Source: Clostridia bacterium (GTDB lineage Bacteria > Bacillota > Clostridia > Oscillospirales > Acutalibacteraceae). Taken from it: DNA of 64,000 bases. The stretch is from assembly GCA_017537365.1 (NCBI GenBank), contig JAFYKZ010000017.1, positions 356 through 64,355 on the forward strand, in the 5' to 3' direction. Below, one piece after another: positions 37,927-47,419 of this stretch. Each line of letters starts with the position of its first letter. Position 1 is the first letter of the stretch. The notes beneath the pieces were generated by a model. That model had not been told where the DNA came from. It saw nothing but the letters and a program-made list of their open reading frames with translations, and did not search any database. Position numbers and translations under genes: made by a program.

Positions 37927-38203
37927 GTACGCTGTGAAAGTATGGCGTAAAACACATGCGTTGATGCGGGAGGTGGCCCATCTCGAATGGGGAAATTTCC
38001 GCGGAGTATGTCCGATTTTAAACCGGGCGAAAGAATCAGGAGTACATAAGGGAAACTTGCGACCTTTATGTGCAACGGCAGAGCAATCTGCCGTCCGGAA
38101 TTGACTGTAACCCCAGCAATATCCGGTTTTATAATGCACCCGTAAGAAATACACGGTGCGTTGTATGTTTTGCCCGCCAACTATTTAAGGAGGCGAAATT
38201 CAC
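37927..38203 (+). promoter_or_regulatory. long structured 5' leader of rpsJ with attenuator-like hairpin (family not recognised)
   Basis: No credible CDS and GC-enriched relative to the flanks. At least six local helices plus a long-range helix (37960-70 / 38173-81). The final hairpin GCACCCG/CGGTGC is followed by GUUGUAUGUUUU ~32 nt before the ATG. Confidence 0.6.
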
Positions 38204-38515
38204 ATGGCAGTGAAGGAAAAAATTCGTATCAGAATTAAGGGTTATGACCATGCACTTGTAGACCAGTCCGCTGAGAAGATAGTGGAAACCGCTAAACGTA
38301 CAGGCGCTAGGGTATCAGGTCCCGTACCGCTACCCACCGAAAAGGAAGTTGTAACCATCTTGCGTGCTGTTCATAAGTATAAGGATAGCCGTGAGCAGTT
38401 CGAAATGCGAACCCACAAAAGACTCATCGATGTTATCAGACCTTCCAACAAAACTGTTGAGGCTTTAACAGGACTTGAGCTCCCCGCCGGTGTTGAAATC
38501 GAAATCAAGCTTTAA
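38204..38515 (+). CDS. rpsJ: 30S ribosomal protein S10
   Basis: [18 protein letters not shown]...; first gene of the S10 operon. Confidence 0.97.
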   Translation: MAVKEKIRIRIKGYDHALVDQSAEKIVETAKRTGARVSGPVPLPTEKEVVTILRAVHKYKDSREQFEMRTHKRLIDVIRPSNKTVEALTGLELPAGVEIEIKL

Positions 38516-38593
38516 TATATATTAAGGTGTAGAGATTTTAACCGCGAGGTCATGTTGGTGAAAACCAACCAATAACCAAAGGAGGAAAAAACA

Positions 38594-39226
38594 ATGCAAA
38601 AAGGTATCGTTGGCAAGAAGCTTGGTATGACTCAGCTTTTTGATGCAAACGGAAATGTTGTTCCGGTTACTGTAATTGAAGCAGGTCCCTGCGTTATTTC
38701 GCAGAAGAAAACAACCGAGAACGACGGTTATGAAGCTGTTCAAATCGGCTATGGCGATTTAAAGGCTTCTAAGGTTAACAAACCTATGAAAGGTCACTTT
38801 GCAAAAGGTGATGTAGCTCCGAAGAAGGTTCTTCGTGAGTTCCGCTTTGAAGATGTTTCCGCTATGAACGTTGGCGACATTATTAAAGCAGATATCTTTG
38901 CCGAAGGCGAAGCTGTTGATGTAAGAGGTACTTCTAAGGGTAAAGGCTATGCCGGCACAATTAAGCGCTGGAACTTTGGCCGTCTTAAAGAATCTCATGG
39001 TACAGGCCCTGTTCACCGTCACGGTGGTTCTCTTGGTGCTTGTTCCAGTCCTTCAAGAGTTTTCAAAGGCAAAAAAATGGCAGGCCATCTCGGTAATGAA
39101 CGCGTAACCGTTCAGAACCTGAGTGTAGTTAAGGTAGACGCAGAAAAGAATATCATCGCTGTTAAAGGCGCTGTTCCCGGTCCTAAGGGCGGAATCGTTG
39201 TTCTTTTCGATAGCGTTAAAGCTTAA
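38594..39226 (+). CDS. rplC: 50S ribosomal protein L3
   Basis: [17 protein letters not shown]...; position in the operon. Confidence 0.97.
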   Translation: MQKGIVGKKLGMTQLFDANGNVVPVTVIEAGPCVISQKKTTENDGYEAVQIGYGDLKASKVNKPMKGHFAKGDVAPKKVLREFRFEDVSAMNVGDIIKADIFAEGEAVDVRGTSKGKGYAGTIKRWNFGRLKESHGTGPVHRHGGSLGACSSPSRVFKGKKMAGHLGNERVTVQNLSVVKVDAEKNIIAVKGAVPGPKGGIVVLFDSVKA

Positions 39227-39246
39227 GGGAAGGAGTGTTCTGAATT

Positions 39247-39870
39247 ATGCCTAATATAGCAGTACTAGATATGGCAGGCAAGAATGTGGGCGAAATCACA
39301 TTAAGCGATGCTATTTTCGGAATCACCCCCAACGCAGTTGTTATGCATGCAGCAGTTGTTAACTACCTTGCTAACAAGCGTCAGGGCACACAATCCACTC
39401 TGACCCGTACCGAAGTTTCCGGCGGCGGTAAAAAGCCTTGGAGACAAAAAGGAACCGGTCATGCAAGACAGGGCTCAACAAGAGCACCCCAGTGGAGACA
39501 CGGCGGTATTGTTCACGCACCGAAGCCGAGAGATTATTCTTACTCTCTCAACAAGAAGGTTAAGAGATTAGCTCTTAAATCTGCTTTATCTGATAAGGTT
39601 CTTTCAAGCGATTTAATCGTTTTAGATGAATTAAAGCTTGAAACTTATAAGACTAAGGTTGTTGCTGATTGCTTAAAAGCTATCGGCGCCGGCAAAAAGG
39701 TTCTCATTGTTTTAGAAAACAACGAAGCTTTTGCTGTTAAGAGCATCGCAAACATCGCAGGTGCTAAATCCGCACAGGTTAATACCATTAATCCTTACGA
39801 TATTATCAATGCTGATACTTTGGTAATCGTTAAGGGCGCAGTTGCTAAGATTGAGGAGGTTTATGCATAA
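39247..39870 (+). CDS. rplD: 50S ribosomal protein L4
   Basis: [19 protein letters not shown] motif; position in the operon. Confidence 0.97.
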   Translation: MPNIAVLDMAGKNVGEITLSDAIFGITPNAVVMHAAVVNYLANKRQGTQSTLTRTEVSGGGKKPWRQKGTGHARQGSTRAPQWRHGGIVHAPKPRDYSYSLNKKVKRLALKSALSDKVLSSDLIVLDELKLETYKTKVVADCLKAIGAGKKVLIVLENNEAFAVKSIANIAGAKSAQVNTINPYDIINADTLVIVKGAVAKIEEVYA

Positions 39871-40163
39871 TGAAAATCGCTCAGGATATCATTATCGCTC
39901 CTGTAATTACTGAAAAGAGTATGTCAGGTATTGCTGACAAGAAATATACCTTTAAAGTAGCAAAGAGCGCAAATAAGATTGAAATTGCAGAAGCTGTTGA
40001 AAAGCTTTTCAAGGTTAAGGTTGCTAAGGTTAACACCATCAATGTTCGCGGCAAAATGAAGCGTATGGGCCGTTACAGCGGTTACACTGCTTCTTGGAAG
40101 AAGGCTATCGTTACATTGAAGTCCGATTCTAAGCCGATTGAATTCTTTGACGGTCTTATGTAA
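39870..40163 (+). CDS. rplW: 50S ribosomal protein L23
   Basis: [10 protein letters not shown]...KYTFKV; its ATG overlaps the rplD stop. Confidence 0.96.
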   Translation: MKIAQDIIIAPVITEKSMSGIADKKYTFKVAKSANKIEIAEAVEKLFKVKVAKVNTINVRGKMKRMGRYSGYTASWKKAIVTLKSDSKPIEFFDGLM

Positions 40164-40251
40164 TTAAACCTAAATTGGAAATCTTGAATTTCCGGTGATG
40201 TATGAAGTCGCAAAGCGGCTTCGCTAAGCCAAAATAGGAGAGTGAAATTAA

Positions 40252-41079
40252 ATGGCTATTAAACATTACAAGCCGACTACTAACGGTCGCCGTAATATGA
40301 CAACTATGGATTACTCCGAGTTATCAAAAGTAGCGCCCGAAAGAAGTTTGCTTACAGCTATTAAGAAAAATGCCGGTAGAAATAGCTACGGCAGAATCAC
40401 CGTTCGCCATAGAGGCGGCGGAAACCGCAGAAAGTATAGAATTATCGACTTCAAGAGAGAGCGTTTCGGTATCCCCGCAACCGTTCTTACCCTTGAATAC
40501 GATCCAAACCGTTCTGCATTTATCGCCCTCGTTCAATATGAGGATGGCGAAAAGCGTTACATCATAGCTCCTCAAGAGCTCAAAGTTGGCGATGTAATCG
40601 TAAGTGGTCCCGATGCGGATATCAAACCGGGTAATGCATTACCTTTAAACAATATCCCTGTTGGTACATTTATTCATAATATTGAGCTTTATCCCGGTAA
40701 GGGCGCTCAGCTCGCTCGTAGTGCCGGTAATATGGCTCAGCTTATGGCTAAGGAAAACGGTATGGCACTTCTTCGTTTACCTTCCGGTGAATTAAGAAAT
40801 GTTCCCGTTAAATGTATGGCTACAGTTGGTACTGTTTCAAATCCTGAACATGCCAATGTAAATTACGGTAAAGCAGGTCGTAAGCGTCATATGGGTTGGA
40901 GACCTACCGTTCGCGGTTCTGTAATGAACCCCTGTGATCACCCTCACGGTGGTGGTGAAGGTAAGTCGCCTATCGGCCGTCCAGGCCCTGTTACCCCTTG
41001 GGGTAAACCCACATTGGGCTACAAAACCCGCCAGAAGAATAAGGCTAGCGATAAGTATATCGTTAAACGCCGCAAGTAA
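40252..41079 (+). CDS. rplB: 50S ribosomal protein L2
   Basis: [14 protein letters not shown]...[11 protein letters not shown]. Confidence 0.97.
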   Translation: MAIKHYKPTTNGRRNMTTMDYSELSKVAPERSLLTAIKKNAGRNSYGRITVRHRGGGNRRKYRIIDFKRERFGIPATVLTLEYDPNRSAFIALVQYEDGEKRYIIAPQELKVGDVIVSGPDADIKPGNALPLNNIPVGTFIHNIELYPGKGAQLARSAGNMAQLMAKENGMALLRLPSGELRNVPVKCMATVGTVSNPEHANVNYGKAGRKRHMGWRPTVRGSVMNPCDHPHGGGEGKSPIGRPGPVTPWGKPTLGYKTRQKNKASDKYIVKRRK

Positions 41080-41100
41080 GACGACGAAAGGAGATTTATC

Positions 41101-41376
41101 ATGGGAAGAAGCGTTAAAAAAGGCCCTTATGTGCAACCTGTGTTGCTAAAAAGAGTCAAAGAAATGAATGATGCAGGCGAAAAGCGTGTTTTAAAGACAT
41201 GGAGCCGTTCATCAACTATATTCCCCGATTTCGTCGGACACACATTTGCGGTTCATGACGGCCGCAAGCATGTTCCGGTTTACGTAACTGAGGATATGGT
41301 TGGACACAAGCTCGGTGAGTTTGCACCCACAAGAACATTTAAAGGCCACGCCGGTTCTAAGACCAGCGGTAAGTAA
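41101..41376 (+). CDS. rpsS: 30S ribosomal protein S19
   Basis: [11 protein letters not shown]...[23 protein letters not shown]. Confidence 0.97.
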   Translation: MGRSVKKGPYVQPVLLKRVKEMNDAGEKRVLKTWSRSSTIFPDFVGHTFAVHDGRKHVPVYVTEDMVGHKLGEFAPTRTFKGHAGSKTSGK

Positions 41377-41398
41377 GCGGCTGAAAGGAGAGTAAACA

Positions 41399-41737
41399 AT
41401 GGAAGCAAGAGCAATACTTAAATATGCTCGTATTTCACCCCGTAAGGTGAAGATTGTTATGGATTTAATCCGTAATCAAGATGCTGACAAGGCTATGGCT
41501 ATTCTCAAATTTACTCCTAAGTCCGCTTGCGAGTATTTAGAAAAGCTTTTAGCATCAGCAATCGCTAATGCAGAAAACAATCACAATATGGATGTTTCTC
41601 GTCTTTATGTTGCAGAATGCTTTGTTTGCCCCGGACCTACTCTTAAAAGAATTCGTCCGAAGGACCACGGCAGAGCTCATCGCATTTTGAAGAGAACAAG
41701 CCATATGACAATCGTTCTTAAAGAACGCGAAATCTAA
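41399..41737 (+). CDS. rplV: 50S ribosomal protein L22
   Basis: [17 protein letters not shown]...; position in the operon. Confidence 0.96.
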   Translation: MEARAILKYARISPRKVKIVMDLIRNQDADKAMAILKFTPKSACEYLEKLLASAIANAENNHNMDVSRLYVAECFVCPGPTLKRIRPKDHGRAHRILKRTSHMTIVLKEREI

Positions 41738-41751
41738 GAGGAGGTTAAGTT

Positions 41752-42411
41752 ATGGGCCAGAAGGTTAATCCCCACGGTATGCGTGTGGGCGTAATTAAAA
41801 ACTGGGACTCACGTTGGTTTGTCAATGATAGCGCCTTTGGTGATACATTGGTTGAGGACTACAACCTCCGTAAATACCTTAAAAAGACACTTAACAGTGC
41901 AGGTATTGCAAAAATTGAAATCGAACGTGATGATAAACGTGTTAGACTTCATATCCACTGTGCAAAACCGGGTATGGTTATCGGTCGTAACGGAAGCGAA
42001 ATCGAAAAGCTTCGCGAGACCTGCCAGGCTAAACTCGGCAAGCCGGTTGTAATCAACATTGTTGAGATTAAGAGTCCTGACACAAATGCTCAGCTCGTAG
42101 CTGAAAACATTGCTATTCAGCTTGAAAAGCGTATTTCTTTCCGCCGCGCAATGAAGCTCTCAATCGGCAGAGCAATGCGTCTCGGCGTAAAGGGTATTAA
42201 AACTCAGGTTTCAGGTCGTTTAGGCGGCGCTGAAATTGCAAGAAGTGAGCAATATCGTGAAGGTACTATTCCGCTACAAACTTTGCGTGCTGATATCGAT
42301 TATGGTTTTGCTGAGGCAGATACCACATACGGTAAGCTCGGTGTTAAGGTTTGGATTTACAAAGGCGAGGTTCTTTCCGATAATCGCAAAAAGGAAGGAG
42401 GCTCCCGCTAA
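41752..42411 (+). CDS. rpsC: 30S ribosomal protein S3
   Basis: [13 protein letters not shown]...; KH domain [14 protein letters not shown]. Confidence 0.97.
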   Translation: MGQKVNPHGMRVGVIKNWDSRWFVNDSAFGDTLVEDYNLRKYLKKTLNSAGIAKIEIERDDKRVRLHIHCAKPGMVIGRNGSEIEKLRETCQAKLGKPVVINIVEIKSPDTNAQLVAENIAIQLEKRISFRRAMKLSIGRAMRLGVKGIKTQVSGRLGGAEIARSEQYREGTIPLQTLRADIDYGFAEADTTYGKLGVKVWIYKGEVLSDNRKKEGGSR

Positions 42412-42836
42412 TGTTAATGCCTAAGCGTGTTAAATACCGTAGAGTACACAGAGGTCGTATGACCGGTAAGGCTCTCAGAGGTAACACTGTAACACACGGT
42501 GATTTCGGTTTACAGGCAACTGAACCAGCGTGGATTACCTCTAACCAGATAGAAGCTGCCCGTATTGCTATGACTCGTTATATCAAGCGTGGCGGTAAAG
42601 TATGGATTAAGATTTTCCCCGATAAACCGATTACAGAGAAGCCGGCTGAAACTCGAATGGGTTCAGGTAAAGGTTCACCCGAATACTGGGTAGCTGTTGT
42701 TAAGCCCGGTCGCGTAATGTTCGAAATCGGCGGAGTTAGCGAGGAATTAGCTCGTGAAGCTATGCGTCTCGCAGCTAACAAACTTCCTATTAAGTGCAAG
42801 TTTGTTACTAAGCAGGAAATGGGTGGTGAGCAGTAA
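42411..42836 (+). CDS. rplP: 50S ribosomal protein L16
   Basis: [17 protein letters not shown]... Confidence 0.97.
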   Translation: MLMPKRVKYRRVHRGRMTGKALRGNTVTHGDFGLQATEPAWITSNQIEAARIAMTRYIKRGGKVWIKIFPDKPITEKPAETRMGSGKGSPEYWVAVVKPGRVMFEIGGVSEELAREAMRLAANKLPIKCKFVTKQEMGGEQ

Positions 42837-43042
42837 TGAATGCAAAGGAAATCAGAGAATTAAATTTATCCGAGCTCAACAAGAAGTTGGAAGATTTAAA
42901 GGACGAATTATACAAGCTCCGTTTTCAACTTGCTATCAATCAGCTCGAAAACCCCATGCGTATCGTTGCTGTTAAGAAAGATATCGCTCGCGTTAAAACT
43001 GTTATTCGCGAAACCGAAATCAAGAACAGCACTAATGCTTGA
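42836..43042 (+). CDS. rpmC: 50S ribosomal protein L29
   Basis: 68 aa, [13 protein letters not shown]; position in the operon. Confidence 0.95.
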   Translation: MNAKEIRELNLSELNKKLEDLKDELYKLRFQLAINQLENPMRIVAVKKDIARVKTVIRETEIKNSTNA

Positions 43043-43059
43043 ATGGGAGGTAAGCTGAA

Positions 43060-43317
43060 ATGAGCGAAAGAAACCTTCGTAAAACAAGAGTGGGTAAGGT
43101 TGTAAGCGATAAGATGGATAAAACCGTTGTTGTTGCTATTGAGGACAATGTAAAGCATCCGCTCTATAAGAAGATTATTAAGAATACTATCAGACTAAAA
43201 GCTCATGACGAGAACAATACCTGTGGCATTGGCGACAGAGTTCAAATCATGGAAACCAGACCGCTTTCTAAGGATAAGAGATGGCGTGTGGTTGAAATCA
43301 TCGAAAAGGCTAAGTAG
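43060..43317 (+). CDS. rpsQ: 30S ribosomal protein S17
   Basis: [19 protein letters not shown]...HDENN. Confidence 0.96.
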   Translation: MSERNLRKTRVGKVVSDKMDKTVVVAIEDNVKHPLYKKIIKNTIRLKAHDENNTCGIGDRVQIMETRPLSKDKRWRVVEIIEKAK

Positions 43318-43337
43318 TCAAAAGGGAGGAAAACACT

Positions 43338-43706
43338 GTGATACAACAACAGAGTTACCTCAAGGTTGCCGACAATACCGGTGCAAAAGAAATTATGTGC
43401 ATCCGTGTTCTTGGAGGCTCCAGAAGGAGGTATGCCAACATTGGCGATGTTATCGTTGCTTCTGTTAAGAAGGCCGCTCCCGGCGGTACTGTTAAGAAGG
43501 GCGATGTTGTTAAGGCTGTTGTAGTTCGTTCTGCAAAAGGTCTTCGCCGTAATGATGGCACATACATCAGATTTGATGAAAATGCAGCTGTAATAATCCG
43601 TGAGGATAAAAACCCCCGCGGTACTCGTATTTTCGGACCTGTAGCCCGTGAGCTTCGTGAGAAGGATTATACAAAGATTCTTTCTCTTGCTCCGGAAGTA
43701 CTTTAA
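43338..43706 (+). CDS. rplN: 50S ribosomal protein L14
   Basis: GTG start after [23 protein letters not shown]. Confidence 0.97.
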   Translation: MIQQQSYLKVADNTGAKEIMCIRVLGGSRRRYANIGDVIVASVKKAAPGGTVKKGDVVKAVVVRSAKGLRRNDGTYIRFDENAAVIIREDKNPRGTRIFGPVARELREKDYTKILSLAPEVL

Positions 43707-43722
43707 TGGGAGGTAAGAACAA

Positions 43723-44046
43723 ATGAATAAGCTTCACATTAAAACAGGTGATACTGTAATACTCCTTACAGGAGACAAAAAGGACCGCAAGAAAACCGGT
43801 AAGGTTCTTGAGGTTAGCCCCGAAGAGGGTAAGGTTATCGTTGAGGGCATCAACAAAGTAAAGAAACATGTTAAGCCTCGCAAAGCTGGCGACCCATCCG
43901 GTATCATTGAGACCGAGAGCGCTATCTATGCTTCTAAGGTTCAACTTGTATGTCCTAAGTGCAATAAGCCGACCAGAGTAGGCACCAAAGTCTATGAAGA
44001 CGGCAGTAAAGACCGCCAATGCAAAAAGTGCGGCGAGACTTTTTAA
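43723..44046 (+). CDS. rplX: 50S ribosomal protein L24 (with CxxC...CxxC signature)
   Basis: KOW motif IKTGDTVILLTGDKKDRKKTGKVL. The C-terminal part carries CPKC (aa 77-80) and CKKC (aa 100-103). Confidence 0.95.
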   Translation: MNKLHIKTGDTVILLTGDKKDRKKTGKVLEVSPEEGKVIVEGINKVKKHVKPRKAGDPSGIIETESAIYASKVQLVCPKCNKPTRVGTKVYEDGSKDRQCKKCGETF

Positions 44047-44064
44047 GAGTAGGAGGAACTGACA

Positions 44065-44604
44065 ATGTCAACATTAGCTAATGAATATAAAACTTCTGTT
44101 GCACCTGCACTTATAAAGAAATTCGGCTATAAGAGTGTTATGCAGATTCCAAAGCTCGATAAGGTCATCATTAATGTAGGTGCCGGCGAGGCAAAAGATA
44201 ATGCTAAGGTTATTGATGCTATCATCACCGACCTCGGCAAAATCACCGGTCAAAAGGCTGTTGCTTGCCGTGCAAAAAAATCCGTTGCGAACTTTAAGCT
44301 CCGTGAAGGTATGCCTATTGGCGCAAAGGTTACACTCAGAGGCGAGCGTATGTATGAATTCGTTGAGAGACTTTTCAACGCAGCTCTCCCCAGAGTTAGA
44401 GACTTCAGAGGAATTAACCCCAACGCTTTCGACGGTCGCGGCAACTATGCTATGGGCGTTAAAGAGCAACTTATTTTCCCTGAAATCGAATATGAAAAAA
44501 TCGATAAGGTTCGCGGTATGGATATTATTTTCGTTACCACAGCCAATACTGACGAAGAAGCTCGCGAGTTATTAACTCTTATGGGCGCTCCGTTTGCGAA
44601 GTAA
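44065..44604 (+). CDS. rplE: 50S ribosomal protein L5
   Basis: NVGAGEA...[28 protein letters not shown]. Confidence 0.97.
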   Translation: MSTLANEYKTSVAPALIKKFGYKSVMQIPKLDKVIINVGAGEAKDNAKVIDAIITDLGKITGQKAVACRAKKSVANFKLREGMPIGAKVTLRGERMYEFVERLFNAALPRVRDFRGINPNAFDGRGNYAMGVKEQLIFPEIEYEKIDKVRGMDIIFVTTANTDEEARELLTLMGAPFAK

Positions 44605-44616
44605 GGAGAAGGAATT

Positions 44617-44802
44617 ATGGCTAAAACTGCTATGAAAATCAAACAGGCTCGTCCTGCTAAGTTTTCTACAAGAGAGTATAACAGATGTAAAATCTGCGGC
44701 CGCCCGCACGCTTATCTTCGCAAGTACGGCATTTGCCGTATATGCTTCCGTGAATTAGCTTATAAAGGCGAAATTCCCGGTGTTAAGAAGGCCAGCTGGT
44801 AA
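44617..44802 (+). CDS. rpsN: 30S ribosomal protein S14 type Z (zinc-binding)
   Basis: 61 aa, [23 protein letters not shown]. Confidence 0.96.
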   Translation: MAKTAMKIKQARPAKFSTREYNRCKICGRPHAYLRKYGICRICFRELAYKGEIPGVKKASW

Positions 44803-44851
44803 GGCACAGACGAAGTGGCACTAAGATGTCCACAGTAAGGAGGTTTACGGT

Positions 44852-45250
44852 ATGCAAATCACCGATACAATAGCTGATATGCTTACACGAATTCGTAATG
44901 CATCTTCAGCAAAGCATAGTTCGGTAGATGTTCCTGCATCAAAGGTAAAGAAAGCTATCGCTCAGATTTTACTTGATGAAGGTTACATCACAAGCTTCAC
45001 CGTTGAAGAAGACGGTAAGCAGGGCGTAATTCATATTACTTTGAAATACGGCCAAAACAAAGCGCAGGCTATAACCGGTATCCGCAGAATTTCTAAGCCG
45101 GGCTTGCGTATCTACACCAATGTAGAGGATATGCCTAAGGTTATGAAGGGCCTTGGCATCGCAATCCTTTCCACCTCTAAGGGAATTATGACAGACAAAG
45201 AAGCACGCAAAGCCAATGTTGGCGGCGAAGTGTTAGCTTTCGTTTGGTAA
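44852..45250 (+). CDS. rpsH: 30S ribosomal protein S8
   Basis: [13 protein letters not shown]...; position in the operon. Confidence 0.97.
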   Translation: MQITDTIADMLTRIRNASSAKHSSVDVPASKVKKAIAQILLDEGYITSFTVEEDGKQGVIHITLKYGQNKAQAITGIRRISKPGLRIYTNVEDMPKVMKGLGIAILSTSKGIMTDKEARKANVGGEVLAFVW

Positions 45251-45264
45251 GGAGGTAGATTGGA

Positions 45265-45813
45265 ATGTCAAGAATAGGAAATAAACCTATAACAATCCCT
45301 GCAGGTGTTACTGTTAATGTTAACGGCAGTGAGGTTTCCGTTAAAGGACCTAAGGGTGAATTAAAAAATACTTTTAATGCAGACATTAAAATCGCTGTTG
45401 AAGGTACTGAAATTTTAGTTACCCGCCCCACCGATAACAAAGAGCATCGCTCATTACACGGCTTAACCCGTACACTTATCGCCAATATGGTTGAGGGTGT
45501 TACAAATGGTTTCACTAAGGAACTTGAAGTAAACGGCGTTGGTTACCGTGTTCAAAAGCAGGGTAAAGACCTTGTAATGAACCTCGGCTACTCTCATCAG
45601 GTTATTATGACTGAGCAGCCCGGTCTTACAATTGAGGTACCATCACCTAATAAGATTATTATTAGCGGTGCCGATAAGCAACAGGTAGGTCAATTTGCGG
45701 CTGAAGTTCGCGAGAAGCGTCCACCAGAGCCATATAAGGGCAAAGGTATTAAGTACGTTGGCGAATATATCCGTCGTAAAGAAGGTAAAGCTGCCAAGGG
45801 TGCAAAGAAATAA
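45265..45813 (+). CDS. rplF: 50S ribosomal protein L6
   Basis: [17 protein letters not shown]...GYSHQV. Confidence 0.97.
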   Translation: MSRIGNKPITIPAGVTVNVNGSEVSVKGPKGELKNTFNADIKIAVEGTEILVTRPTDNKEHRSLHGLTRTLIANMVEGVTNGFTKELEVNGVGYRVQKQGKDLVMNLGYSHQVIMTEQPGLTIEVPSPNKIIISGADKQQVGQFAAEVREKRPPEPYKGKGIKYVGEYIRRKEGKAAKGAKK

Positions 45814-45831
45814 TAAAGGAGTGTATGTAAA

Positions 45832-46191
45832 ATGGTTTCTAAACCAAATAGCAATAAGGCTAGACTTAAAAGACACATGCGTGTTCGTGCTAAAATCAGC
45901 GGTACACCTGAGTGTCCCCGCCTTGATGTATTCCGCTCCAATAGCAACATTTACGCCCAAATTATTGACGATGTAAACGGTGTTACTCTCGTTTCTGCCG
46001 CTTCTAACGAAAAAGATTTCGCAGAAAACGGTGGCAACAAAGAGGGTGCCCGCAAAGTTGGACAGTTAATTGCTAAGCGTGCCGCAGAAAAGGGCATCAC
46101 CGAGGTTGTTTTTGACCGCGGCGGATACATTTATCACGGTCGCGTTATGGAGCTTGCCGAAGGTGCCCGTGAGGGCGGCCTCAAGTTCTAA
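45832..46191 (+). CDS. rplR: 50S ribosomal protein L18
   Basis: [15 protein letters not shown]...[13 protein letters not shown]. Confidence 0.97.
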   Translation: MVSKPNSNKARLKRHMRVRAKISGTPECPRLDVFRSNSNIYAQIIDDVNGVTLVSAASNEKDFAENGGNKEGARKVGQLIAKRAAEKGITEVVFDRGGYIYHGRVMELAEGAREGGLKF

Positions 46192-46206
46192 TAAGGAGGA
46201 ATACTT

Positions 46207-46710
46207 TTGGCTACAAATATAGATGCACAAGCATTAGATTTAAAAGAAAAAGTAGTTGCTATTAACCGCGTTTCTAAAACAGTTAAGGGCGGACGCATTA
46301 TGAAATTCTCCGCATTAGTTGTAGTTGGTGACGGTAATGGTATAGTAGGCTACGGTATGGGTAAAGCCGGCGAAGTTCCGGATGCTATCCGTAAAGGTAT
46401 TGAGGATGCTAAGAAGAATCTTATTAAGATTTCTTTAAAGGGTACAACAATTCCTCATGAAATTATCGGCGAATTCGGCGCAGGCCGTGTTCTCTTAAAG
46501 CCTGCTGCTCCCGGTACCGGCGTTATTGCCGGCGGTGCAGTTCGTGCAGTAGTAGAAACTGCCGGTATTTCGGATATTCGTGCTAAGGCTTTACGTTCAA
46601 ATAATCCTTGTAACGTAGTACGTGCTACAATCGCAGGTCTTTCCGCACTTCGCAGTGCTGAGGAAGTAGCTGCTGTTCGTGGCAAGTCTGTCAAGGAAAT
46701 CGTAGGTTAA
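46207..46710 (+). CDS. rpsE: 30S ribosomal protein S5
   Basis: TTG start after [34 protein letters not shown]. Confidence 0.96.
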   Translation: MATNIDAQALDLKEKVVAINRVSKTVKGGRIMKFSALVVVGDGNGIVGYGMGKAGEVPDAIRKGIEDAKKNLIKISLKGTTIPHEIIGEFGAGRVLLKPAAPGTGVIAGGAVRAVVETAGISDIRAKALRSNNPCNVVRATIAGLSALRSAEEVAAVRGKSVKEIVG

Positions 46711-46724
46711 GGAGGAGCAGTGAA

Positions 46725-46925
46725 ATGGCTACAAAAAAGACTGCTTGCCTTAAGGTAAAGCTTATAAAAAGCACAATCGGTTCTAAAAAGGACCAAATCG
46801 CAACTGCTGAGGCTCTTGGTCTTCATAAGGTTGGCGACGAAAGAATCCAACCCGACAATGCTCAGACCAGAGGCAAAATCAACAAGGTTTCACACCTCGT
46901 TGAAGTTACAGAAACTAAGGCTTAA
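46725..46925 (+). CDS. rpmD: 50S ribosomal protein L30
   Basis: 66 aa, [24 protein letters not shown]. Confidence 0.94.
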   Translation: MATKKTACLKVKLIKSTIGSKKDQIATAEALGLHKVGDERIQPDNAQTRGKINKVSHLVEVTETKA

Positions 46926-46978
46926 TGCCTTAGGTTATAGTCACTAAGTGACTGCTATTAAGCAAGGAGGTGCGAACA

Positions 46979-47419
46979 ATGAAAATGCATGAATTAGCTC
47001 CGGCTATGGGCTCTACAAAAGAGTCAAAGCGCATAGGCAGAGGCCACGGCTCATGCAACGGTAAAACCGCTGGTAAGGGTCATAAGGGTCAAAAAGCTCG
47101 TGCGGGTCACGGTATGAGACCGGGTTTTGAAGGTGGTCAGATGCCTCTTCAAAGACGTGTTCCGAAGCGTGGCTTCAATAACATTTTTGCTGAGGAATGG
47201 CTAGCAATCAATGTTGCCGCTTTAGAAGTGTTCGAGGATGGTACAACTGTTGACGCTGCTGCTTTGGCAGAAAAAGGAATTATCAAAAAGGCAAACCTTC
47301 CTGTTAAGGTTTTAGGTAATGGTAAACTCACCAAGAAGCTCGAAGTTAAGCTTAATGCTTACTCTGCTTCTGCTAGCGAGAAGATTACTTCGGTTGGCGG
47401 AAAGGCTGAGGTGATTTAA
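46979..47419 (+). CDS. rplO: 50S ribosomal protein L15
   Basis: [12 protein letters not shown]...[22 protein letters not shown]. The track GTG 46970 lies inside the SD (GGAGGTG), so ATG 46979 is used. Confidence 0.95.
   Translation: MKMHELAPAMGSTKESKRIGRGHGSCNGKTAGKGHKGQKARAGHGMRPGFEGGQMPLQRRVPKRGFNNIFAEEWLAINVAALEVFEDGTTVDAAALAEKGIIKKANLPVKVLGNGKLTKKLEVKLNAYSASASEKITSVGGKAEVI

Noticed and set aside
38093-38100. GUCCGGAA, reminiscent of the SRP RNA domain IV core. I also considered whether the 270 nt GC-rich segment might be a housekeeping RNA (SRP, 6S, RNase P or tmRNA).
   Set aside because: The adjoining SRP consensus (GGAAGCAGC and the symmetric loop) is absent. There are no RNase P (GAGGAAAGUCCGGGC), tmRNA (tag ORF, tRNA-like ends) or 6S (single long bulged duplex) hallmarks. 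Its position directly between a promoter and the rpsJ SD fits a cis-leader better.
37846-38180. Three overlapping ORFs (102, 70 and 87 aa, both strands) between potD and rpsJ.
   Set aside because: The translations are rich in Cys/Arg/His/Trp with no SD, overlap each other in different frames, and coincide with dense RNA secondary-structure potential. They are interpreted as a non-coding leader.
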